Of a stretch of DNA of 64,000 nt, positions 50,232-58,209 are shown one piece after another. Each line of letters starts with the position of its first letter. The stretch's first letter is position 1. The DNA is from Lingula anatina (taxonomy: Eukaryota > Animalia > Brachiopoda). The notes beneath the pieces were generated by a model. It searched no databases. It saw only the letters and a program-made list of their open reading frames with translations, and was not told the DNA's origin. Location: assembly GCA_051362555.1 (NCBI GenBank), contig CM120649.1:13144001-13208000 (forward strand), in the 5' to 3' direction. Position numbers and translations under genes: made by a program.

Positions 50232-52375
50232 TAATACAGGTGCTTTGAAGGCTTCACTGGAGATACATGCAATACTGTCTCGTGCTCGGCTGTTAACGAA
50301 TGCAGTGGACACGGCAAGTGTTTGGAACCCAATCTGTGTCAGTGTGACATAGGATATGGAGGGAATTATTGCTCCAATTTCTCGTGCGAGGTTCTCGGTT
50401 ACTGTTCCGGTAAGCGTGTTCTGTACAGTCATTTTTGTTCATTAGATACAAAACAATATCTATGAATATATTCTTCATTACCGATAACACTATCAGTATG
50501 TGTAAGCTTTGGGTGATATCCTTATCTTCTTTCCATATTTGTCATTAAATACCAATGATATTTCCAATGTGAATATTTATAATACAGCATTCCACTCTCT
50601 TACTCAAAGAGCACCAGTGTGAACTAGTACCTGTTAAAAAAACCAAGGGGACCAAGGGAGCCATTCCTTACAATGTATATACCTTTTTCGCCACATTTCT
50701 TCATATTTTGCGTTGAGTTTTAAATGTATTATTTTAAGAAACTTCTTGTTCTTCTTTTCAGGTAATGGAGAGTGTGTATCATTGGACAAGTGCTTATGTT
50801 CTCCCGGCTGGCTTGGTGAACGCTGTGACGAACCCATTTGCAGCGCTGTCGCCAACTGCTCCGGCAACGGAGATTGTGTATCCCCTAACCAGTGTGAGTG
50901 TCTTGATGAATACGACGGTGTCGACTGTTCTACTAGAATTGGTTCGAACGATCACAGTCCAGCGTTTGCTTATGACTGGTACAATGCCACAGTAAAGGAA
51001 GATGCCCTCATAGGGTTTGTTATCGTATTCCAAGACAACATCACGATGATTAACGCTACAGACCTAGATGTAGGACGAAATGGCAAGCTTGAGTATGCTT
51101 TCTCTGGGAGCAACAGAGCGGAACGGTTCTTCAACATGGACAGTAAAGGACAGCTATCAGTGATAGCCAAGCTGGACTACGAAAGTCTTCCGCAGAAGGA
51201 GTTCATTATGACAGTAGTGGCATCTGACAAGGGCGTACCGCCCAAGAGTGCTGCCACCAAGATCGCCGTCATTGTCCAAGACGTCAACGATAACGCGCCA
51301 GTTTTTCAGTTGTTTGGTTTCCCAGATATTCCAGTGAATGCCAGCCGCGCGCTGGGACGCACTGTAGGACAATTTCTGGCCACGGACAAAGACAGTGGGT
51401 CGTACGGAAGAGTTCGTCACTCGATTATCAACGAAAGCAACCCAGATGCTGCGTTTGATATCAACGAAGACACCGGAGAACTTAAAGTGGTGCGTTACCC
51501 AACACAGCCCCGATATGACATTACCGTTATGGCGGAGGATGGAGGAGAGCCGCCAAGACCTGCGATTTTACCAGTTGTTATAAATGTCTACGGACAACTT
51601 GGAAATGTCGCTGTGGACCCTACGCCTGACAACACAGGACTGGTTTCAGCGTCTCCTGGGGGGTACTCAATCCCTGGAACCAAAGGACCAACGCCAAAGA
51701 TGACTTCAACACAAGGTAATTTGTTAAAGCCCAGTGCAATGCAGGGTTGTGAACATTTGAACTGAGTCTCACTTTTTTCAAATTAAATACGAATTCCCCG
51801 TGAGTAGTTCACATGCTATTTTGTTTACCACGTTTTACATAAACTATTAATGAGGTAATTGTCAAACACAGGTGGTGCCAGGTAGGCTAAGTAGTTTGCC
51901 ATATATATGGCATACAAGATTTTCGTGTAGAACGTGCATCTGGCCTTGACCCTTAACCTCCCGACCTAAAATCAATAGAAGTCATCTACCCTAAACCCCG
52001 GTCCGTGATGCAAGACCCTAACACCTACGGGCAGCTTGTCCCGAAATTCCAATATCCACTTTAATAAAACTTACTTCATGCAGGAAGAAAAATAAAAAAA
52101 TGAGCATGATGTACCAAACATATCCACAGATAATCTTAAACGAAATCGTTGAGCTTTTTGAACAATCTGTGTCATTACTTTTTTTTTCAGGGACTGTTGT
52201 CAGCTCCTCAAAAGAACCATGGTACCAGTCTGAGGGCTTCAAGATCTCCGCAGGCGCAGTTGGAGGAGTGGTGGCACTGTGCCTTATTGCTTTCATCGCC
52301 ATTCGCTGTGTACGGAGAGGTAAACGAACAGCCAGTGGGGTGATAGAATGTCCTGGTACTACAGGCACCAAATGA
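5760..52375 (+). CDS. ~4,101-aa type I membrane protein: bark beetle/Anakonda-like N-terminus (beta-helix/SRCR/CUB-like x3, C-type lectin) joined to VWDE-like (EGF, PSI, VWD, EGF array) and 2 cadherin repeats; 41 exons
   Basis: Exons, all GT-AG and phase-compatible, total 12,306 nt: 5760-6171, 6597-6812, 8403-8750, 9960-12257, 13588-15600, 16212-17039, 17374-17468, 17613-17735, 17922-18030, 18273-18454, 18793-18996, 19285-19386, 19779-19953, 20261-20377, 20764-20955, 21101-21332, 21782-21947, 22193-22375, 22701-22867, 23063-23207, 23562-23663, 23956-24124, 24672-24915, 25541-25625, 25986-26126, 26461-26594, 26927-27099, 27462-27605, 27945-28140, 43091-43230, 46341-46541, 46736-46896, 47314-47431, 47628-47717, 48043-48132, 48730-48819, 49051-49203, 49673-49931, 50240-50409, 50762-51715, 52191-52375. 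Confidence 0.85.
7063..7191 (+). repeat. Intron 2 copy of the 5556-5684 segment
   Basis: Same orientation, scattered substitutions. Confidence 0.85.
7356..8195 (+). mobile_element. Non-autonomous Helentron/Helitron-like element (HINE/DINE type)
   Basis: 5' TTATTAGGATTCCCC..GGGGAATAC short IR; internal TTTGACCTTGACC motifs; sub-terminal GAATCCT; 3' hairpin CTGGCTTAAGCCAG then CTAG in T-rich context; no TSD. Confidence 0.7.
9960..12257 (+). CDS. Exon 4: parallel beta-helix repeats, module 2 with degenerate SRCR and CUB-like segment
   Basis: Asn-rich PbH1-type repeats, NYWG cap, GGRIKTDLTL..PYTVTHDLNVTANATLTIEPGAVLEF, WAGI. Confidence 0.88.
12491..13158. mobile_element. MITE with long TIRs next to a (TA)n tract
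   Basis: TCACAGGCCAGATCCCAATCTAGTCCACTT ... AAGTGGAATAGATTGGGATCTGGCCTGTGA; imperfect IR extends >100 bp; preceded by (TA)n 12454-12490. Confidence 0.8.
13588..15600 (+). CDS. Exon 5: parallel beta-helix repeats, module 3 and CUB-like segment
   Basis: NxIxxN repeats, NFWG cap, GGWLNQSITL..SPFYLKEDWTILPGVDVFIEPGV, WKGM, NCTRAI..LELFEG..VTIRVYS. Confidence 0.88.
15675..15870. mobile_element. Diverged, truncated relative of the 12491-13158 MITE
   Basis: Shares aatctagtccact, caattaggac, tctttgcattg, gttaattgg blocks in the same order. Confidence 0.55.
16212..17039 (+). CDS. Exon 6: parallel beta-helix repeats
   Basis: Repeated IxxNxFxxN, VNASSNWWG cap. Confidence 0.87.
17374..18030 (+). CDS. 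Exons 7-9: C-type lectin-like domain
   Basis: CSLGWMQSNRTCYL..FTQARASCE|GYYGMLV..DQAFV..IWT|..C..EDCSKLSPYVC; no EPN or QPD motif. Confidence 0.82.
18273..19386 (+). CDS. Exons 10-12: two EGF-like repeats, PSI domain, Cys-rich segment
   Basis: CPNGCTYNGRC..CHCNRGWEGKDC; CRSCTEQPGCGWCDHKQRCLPG (PSI). Confidence 0.85.
19779..24915 (+). CDS. Exons 13-23: unassigned ~630-aa extracellular region
   Basis: Eleven small exons splice in frame with canonical sites; no standard metazoan domain recognised. Confidence 0.75.
25541..27605 (+). CDS. Exons 24-28: CxC cysteine-rich repeats, EGF-like repeats and start of VWD (GDPH)
   Basis: CTCPNG, CQCDMCPDG, CPCYCADG, CGCECANG, CHCPCKCNNC; CFGNGVC..CVCTRFWTGVCC; MGGDPHLQTADG. 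Confidence 0.83.
25775..25823. repeat. (TAAA)n microsatellite
   Basis: About 12 tandem units. Confidence 0.9.
27945..47431 (+). CDS. Exons 29-33: von Willebrand factor type D domain, split by TE-expanded introns 29 and 30
   Basis: YDYHGIGEFW..FGVQVRF..AAAVK|IDG..|TSGLCGLMDDNQDNDF..FAESW|..AC..CVYDI. Confidence 0.85.
28249..29061 (-). repeat. BEL/Pao 3' LTR
   Basis: Minus strand TGTAAG...TTTCACA; preceded on the minus strand by PPT-like TATGGAGCCGGGTA. Confidence 0.92.
29195..35120 (-). pseudogene. gag-pol: BEL/Pao gag-pol, unit 1, disrupted
   Basis: Three CCHC knuckles, protease FYDNGS, RT YLPHH/VVFDAS/FYVDD, RNase H FSDAS, integrase H-H-C-C and GVDCFGP/SDNGTNF/WERM; in-frame TAA at 34590-34592; frameshift at ~31145 (KTV|IPRLELTAA). 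Confidence 0.92.
35140..35952 (-). repeat. BEL/Pao shared central LTR
   Basis: Same sequence as the 28249 LTR at offset 6,891. Confidence 0.92.
36086..42011 (-). pseudogene. gag-pol: BEL/Pao gag-pol, unit 2, same lesions as unit 1
   Basis: ORF translations identical to unit 1; TAA 41481-41483; frameshift ~38036. Confidence 0.92.
42031..42843 (-). repeat. BEL/Pao 5' LTR
   Basis: Third LTR copy, followed on the + strand by TSD GTTGA. Confidence 0.92.
42871..42938. repeat. 68-bp near-perfect palindrome (mini-MITE)
   Basis: CCCTTACGAAAAAGTC-(CTATAGGATC-like)x3-GACTTTTTCGTTAGGG. Confidence 0.8.
44165..44397 (+). pseudogene. Terminal exon of a Harbinger accessory (Myb/SANT-type) ORF, charged coiled-coil tail
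   Basis: Acceptor ttttcag, then PTKKRR (NLS-like) and YLKDKLAFEKEHFELEKKEREAK..MIKMVMSLVKK; tail-to-tail with the transposase remnant. Confidence 0.55.
44507..45020 (-). pseudogene. DDE_Tnp_4-type (Harbinger-like) transposase C-terminal remnant
   Basis: Minus strand: PYAVHGDPAYPVKRYLLSPFRG..FNRRMSP|VRECVEWEFG..FAFLDFRKN*KVLLSPVAKQYLVGGLLANCHTCVYGNQMSRYF*LDPPTLVDYL; has stops, a frameshift and a MITE insertion. Confidence 0.88.
44725..44890. mobile_element. 166-bp MITE with 4-bp TSD inserted in the transposase remnant
   Basis: TIRs CAGGGGCGTAACCAG / CTGGTTACGCCCCTG; TSD CAGG; removing it plus one TSD restores MSPVRE. Confidence 0.88.
45070..45970. mobile_element. ~900-bp GC-rich non-autonomous Harbinger-like element, nested
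   Basis: TIRs AGACTCGGTCACAATCGGCCGTACG / CGTGCGTCCGGTTGTGACCGAGGCT; flanks ATA and TTA (TWA-like TSD, one mismatch). Confidence 0.72.
47628..50409 (+). CDS. Exons 34-39: tenascin/VWDE-type EGF repeat array
   Basis: Repeated CSGHGxC...CxCxxGWxGxxC units; three consecutive 90-nt phase-1 exons. Confidence 0.88.
50189..50230. repeat. (TAA)n microsatellite directly before the exon 39 acceptor
   Basis: About 14 units, then TTAATACAG|G. Confidence 0.9.
50762..51715 (+). CDS. Exon 40: two EGF repeats and two cadherin repeats
   Basis: NDHSPAF, VKEDA, ATDLD, LDYE, ASDKG, DVNDNAPVF, ATDKD, AEDGG calcium-binding cadherin motifs. Confidence 0.9.
52191..52375 (+). CDS. Exon 41: transmembrane helix and ~23-aa cytoplasmic tail
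   Basis: ISAGAVGGVVALCLIAFIAI followed by RCVRRGKR stop-transfer; TGA 52373-52375. Confidence 0.85.
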
Positions 52376-53025
52376 CATTTATCGGTGCAAACAAAAATGA
52401 CACTGGATATGACACACGTGACATTTAGGACATTGACGCCTCAGCGAATTCTGACAGGACAGTCTCAATTAACAGCAGCTGCACCGCAATCTGTGCATTT
52501 GTTTGACCAATAGGTATTCACGTAGAAATATTTTTGATTATTTTGTACTGATTCGCAGTACTTTTAGATGTAGCACTTTAGTTGTCAGCACTGCAGGTTG
52601 GTGACAAGCATATATTGTAGTGTGGTAACTGATATGTAGACAGTAGTCCACCATTTGATTTTGACAGATGAATGTTAGATAAACACACACACGCACACAC
52701 ATACACACACGCGTGCGCACACGCAAACACACACATACGCACACACACAAACACACACAAATGTAAATGAAGAGTGCGGTTTGCTTATTATGGAACGTCA
52801 AGATATGTAATTGTCGTCATGCAGGATTATTGAATTGTCTAGAGACATTCCAATTATCAACTTTGTTTATGGACTCTATAGCGATATGTTAACATTAAAA
52901 CTGCTGGGTATTTCTTTTTTTAATATTCGAAATATTTTGCTTTACCCCGTAAAAAGTAATCAGATTTGTGAATTTATCATGTTTTATTTTGTTTGATATG
53001 TATACCATTCAACATGTTAGGCAAC

Positions 53026-53262
53026 AATAAACAGTAGTATATATTGGTCGCTATCTTGTATTGTGAATACCTTGGATAAAGTGACAATAATAATTTTATG
53101 CGATATGCTGAATGATAAACAAACAAATCCAGCTTTAAGCTTGTGTGTTTTCTAATTTATCTTAACAGTATTTGATGTGTTCTTACCCCTGGGGATAAAC
53201 AGCATGTTCAGTGCATCTATAAAATGAAGTGTAGTATTTTGTCGTTTTATAAATCGAATAAA
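53026..53262 (+). terminator. Candidate polyadenylation signals of the large gene
   Basis: AATAAA at 53026-53031 and 53257-53262, each with GT/T-rich sequence downstream. Confidence 0.4.
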
Positions 53263-53528
53263 TATTGTACTTAGTCCAGTCAAAATGTGTGCTTTCTTCA
53301 ATCCAAAGCTCTTGAGAAGCCGCGGTCACTTCTTATATAAGCAAAATAGAATGAAAGGACTCTTATTATAATTAAAAAAAAGAAAGAATTAAAAAATAAT
53401 TTAGATATTGGTATTTGTTTCCTTTTTAAAATTAAATTTATCTTTTATGTTCTATTCTTATTTCTTTCTTTCAATTTTAAGTTATCATTTTGTGTTATAG
53501 TATAGATATACGTGACAGAGAATAAGCG

Positions 53529-54087
53529 GTTAAAGGAGCAAATTCATGCAAAAAATGAGGGTTTAGGCAATTATTAGCAAAAACTGTATTGAACGTGACC
53601 CTAGACGTACGTGAGCGGATTTTTTCAAATCATAGATACTTCTGTAGCGCCCGGATAGCACCTCTCCGGAGGCATCAGTCTCCCTAATATCAGCCAATCG
53701 CGTCCCTCAAAACCTTCCAAGATTCTTCTAAGATTTGCTCACTAGCCAATCACGAGGCGTTGAGCCTTCCAAGATTCTTCCAAGATTTGACGAATCACAG
53801 GCGCGGGAAAATAGGTCATCATGCGTTAGTGATGAAAAAGGCGTCAAAGTTGGCGGTCGTTTCCTCGCTTAAACCACTGTTTGATCGTTGTTGCTTGGAT
53901 AGGGAGGTAAGTAGATTTTTTTAATATATCGATCGGTGATTAAAAAAAAGCGTATGTGGTTTGGTGTAAGAAGCGCGTCACGATCGATGCCCTTTTTATT
54001 TGTAAAAACGCATGTTTAATTATTAGGGATTCCCTACATTTATTTTACTAGCGCAACTGGTTTCTATCTAGATCGGTTTACGAATTT
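53529..54087 (+). mobile_element. Kolobok-like terminus with promoter-like interior
   Basis: TTAA-AGGAGCA start; repeated CCAATC boxes and CTTCCAAGATT repeats; donor GGTAAGT ~53906; other end not found. Confidence 0.4.
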
Positions 54088-54091
54088 TTAA

Positions 54092-54345
54092 AGGTTCATA
54101 CGAACCGAGCATCGTCGGAGCGTGGATTCCCAGTAACACATGTAAACCACTTCTACTAGTTTCTTATACGACTCTAAGAAATTCGACATGCCAAGGGATA
54201 AACTGAATAAATCACCCGATCAGCCATTAGAGAGCTTTAGAGTGCTCCTTTCTTTAAATTTTTGGTTGTCAATTTGACCTACTTTCGTGACCTACTTTTC
54301 TGCCCCATTGACATACTGTACAGCATAGAATGCTAGCAGAAAAAT
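54092..54345 (+). mobile_element. Kolobok-like element end, copy A
   Basis: TTAA-AGGTTCATACGAACCGAGC..; inverted copy at 57749-57989; short related piece ~21436-21480. Confidence 0.6.
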
Positions 54346-54960
54346 CTGTTCAAACATCACTTTCCGGTAAAATAAACAATGCCTTTTGGTAATTCCCTTA
54401 GTTATACTACTTGAAACTATATGCTGGCATTTGAATGGTTTTTATGACAAAAAATTGACTTTGTATGTATCTTTAAAGAACAGATCATAGAAAACGCCTA
54501 GAGAACTCTACATGTCTCTGCCAAAGTGAAAAGAAAAAAAACGATTAAGAGTCGTTTGCTATTTTAAAACAAATTTTATAAAATCACCAATATACTTGGA
54601 ACTTTGAGTAAAAGTACAGTAATTATTATTTGTTACTTTTAGGATGGTCACGTGCGAAGCGGCAAATACGAATAGGGGCCTTGGCCCAAAACACACCTTT
54701 TCTGGAAGGATCGAGCCAAAATGTAGACTTGTAACAAGTAGAGATAAGGTATGAATAGGCAGGGGGAAATGCAGTAAAACTTACTAATTAATAGGAATTG
54801 ACCGATTGCGCACATTTCAACATTTTGATGATACATGTAGACTCGCATAGGACTACGGTACAAAATGGCGGTCACAGCTAACGCAATAGGCCTAGGCCAC
54901 ATTATACACTCCACGAGCGAGTGAAAATTGTATGTATCCACAGTGCCTATCGTATAGACA

Positions 54961-55960
54961 ATGGATAACATCGCCAAATACTTTACTCCAGCCGAACCGA
55001 ATGCAACGGTTAAAGACATACATTGTAAGCCGTCAAGTGGCAAGAGATCTCACAGCCAATTATCAAGCACCAGCGAAGAGGGGAATTCGTTCAATCAACA
55101 AAATGAGATACTGAACGAATTAGAAGAGAAAAAAAAAGAACTGAAACACACTGTTAAAACGGATGATCTCAGGCAGATAGTCCAGCAATCAATGCTTGAC
55201 GTTATTTACGAAGTAAAAAAGAGTTCAATGAGCGTATTCTGGAAATAGAGGAAAGGCATGCCAGCATGATAACCGAGATGAGAGATCGAATGGATGGTGT
55301 AAATATGGACAATCAAGCACTGAGGGGGAAAACTGGCCGAGAGAGAAAGGGAGCTGAGGGAACTTAGGAAGACAGTAAAAGACAATAAACAAATGGCCAT
55401 GGAAGCAAACTGTCGTTCAAATAGGAATTAATAATATTCCAGAAAAAAAAACAATATAAAATTATATGGAGTGAGTGAATCTCTCACACAAAAAAACGGG
55501 AATTACTTATTAATAGAGTGCGTTATCCAAGGTACTCGAGCCTCACTGACAGTCCTTTACGGACCTAATAACGATACACCTTCATTTTTCCACGACATTA
55601 AAAATCACCTGGAAGTTATGGGGAACACCTCCGTTATAATCGCAGGTGACTGGAATGTCCCCAATCGATTAAGACAGAGATACGTTCAACTACATTAATA
55701 GAAATAATGTAAAAGCAAATGACGAGATTAAAACTCTCATGTATGTCTTCGATCCGGTTGATGCATGGAGAGAACTGCATCCGACAGACAGAAGATATAC
55801 TTGGTACGGGCCAAACAATAAACGGAGCAGACTTGATTACATTCTGATCTCCCCAGACCTACAAAATAATCTGAGAGACGCGGATATAGATATTGCCTAC
55901 AGATCAGATCATTCCCCTGTGAATATAAAACTACAATTCATAAATCAAACTAGAGGGCCT
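54961..55960 (+). pseudogene. L1/Tx1-clade LINE remnant: ORF1 joined by internal deletion to ORF2 endonuclease
   Basis: ORF1 coiled coil and YSRKNNIKLYGVSE-like motif; APE motifs LYGPN, IIAGDWN, DAWRELHP..YTW, SRLDYILIS, SDHSPV; frameshifts and stops; no RT. Confidence 0.85.
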
Positions 55961-57025
55961 TTTTATTATCTTGCGTCACCGAATTAGCACAAGAAATTAC
56001 TTTTGAGCCCCCTGAATAGTACCGATTGACCTATTACAAGCGTATGTAGGTTCCACAGTTTGGGCCAAGGAACAGTCATGCCAAGTTAGACATTTGTACC
56101 ATAAAATGCAGCGTTTGACCCTTAACAAGCCTACTAACACAGCCTCTACCTGAAGCACTCATCAATAGCCTCGTTCCTGAAAGGTCTCCTAGAGGTCACC
56201 TGATAACAAGGGTAGTCCAGATCTGAAACACGTGTATCTATTTTAATAGAGCTCTTGTAAGAAGAAACCTATTATTTGTAATAGGTTAAATCTTATACAT
56301 AGCACACAAGGATTATTGGAATATACAGCAGTCTATTTATATACATGTATAGAGTAAGTCAAAATGCATTTCAGACTATTTGTCAAAAATTGTCCTTCAC
56401 AGTTCAGTGAAATTGTACGTAACATTACGTATAATGATATTGATATAAAATGATCATCTTATATATATATTCACTGCATTGTAAGTTGATTGACGCTTGT
56501 TCACAATTAAATCACAAACGTGTTATGCCTTAAAAGAAGCAATTTGAGTAGAAAACAAAGACTTCATCTATAACTTAAACAAAACCCTTTCCCATCTTCT
56601 ATCTCACCAATTATATTAACTAAATGTGCTCTTCAATGAAAGATAAAAACACTGATCTCTTTATAATACACAAATACCTAATATAGACTTAGTGCCTTGA
56701 ATTACTGTCAAATATTTACTTCAACTGTTTTTGTTATGCATGCAACGAAAGTCAATGGCAACTTTTCACTCTGTTCAGATTGTGTGTTTTCTGTTTCTAT
56801 TTCCACCTAGCATTTGTGTTATCGAAAGAATTTCTATTTAGTTTTGCTATTGCAAATACAATCTCGGCAGTGTATATAATTCATATAATGTATGTTCTTG
56901 ATTTTGCTGTGAAATATGTTTTTAATGTAACTGTCCGTGAAAGCTTAAATCGCTGTCAGTGAAACTATCCCTGTGGATCATTTGGACCCAGCCATCGTTC
57001 CCTAAAAACGAAATTACATGTACAT

Positions 57026-58159
57026 TTATGCTTCGCCAAGGCCCTTCATTTGGTTGAACTTTTCTTTTTTGTATGATTTCTTATAATTGCTAGTCGGTCG
57101 TTTAAGTCTAAGGTTTCTTCTCATGTGTCTCAGATGCTGTTTTATTGTGGCAATATCAGTCGCAACGATAAAAGCAATAATGGAGCCAATTATTGCTAAC
57201 CCAAAGGTTCCTATGAATCCAGCCAGTGGCGCCTCCATGCGGGGGTTTCCAAGACGACGGGATGAGTCAGGAAGACTTAAACTGGTGTCTGAAAAAGAGT
57301 AAAGCCTCATTCAGAAAACCCCATTTAATAGAGGTGTATACTTATTATTATTATTATAAAAATTGGAAAATTAAAAAGAAAACCAATCATATTAACAATT
57401 CGTAAGGTAGCGCAATTAATGTTATAGCTTAGAAAAACGTAGATCAATGCCGTTTAAAATAGTACGAGCTATCTTAACAAGGTGCCCATATACAGGGTAC
57501 TATAGGAATTCGAAAATGAAATATGCCAAAGAAAACCAATCATATTAACAGTTCGTAGGGTAGCACAATTTTAATTAACATTGAAATGTTATAGCTTAGA
57601 AAAACGTAGATCAGTTTTAAGATGCATATGAAGTCAATTTATTGCCACAAAAGCCGACCAAAAGTCAGCATACATTTTCAAGCAGTATAACTAAGAGGAT
57701 TGCGAAAAGGAATTGTTTAATTTTTCACAAAAATGATATTTGAATGGAGCTAGCATTCTATGCTGTATATTAATGGGACAGAAAAGTAGGTCACGAAAGT
57801 AGGTTTATTTTCTTACCAAAAATTTTAAGAAAGAAGCAGTCTCAAGCTCTTTTATGGCTGATCCAGTGATTTATTCAGTTTATCACTTGGCATTTCGAAT
57901 TTATTTGAGTCGTATAAGAAACTAGTAGAAGTGGTTTATGTATGTTACTGGGAATCCACGCTCCACCGATGCTAAGTTCATATGTACCTTTAAAATAGTA
58001 CGAACTACTGTATCTTAATAAGTTGGCCATATACTACTTGCATGTATCATTGTTTGTCTTTAATAATACGATAGGCATATAGTGTGTTTTTAAGGCAGGC
58101 CTGTTAACGGGAATTTGGGATCGGTGTTATCCCCCCCCCCCAATATATATATATATATG

Positions 58160-58209
<50 letters not shown>

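Noticed and set aside
52538-52801. CV-repeat ORFs
   Set aside because: Translation of a (CA)n-like microsatellite in the 3' UTR
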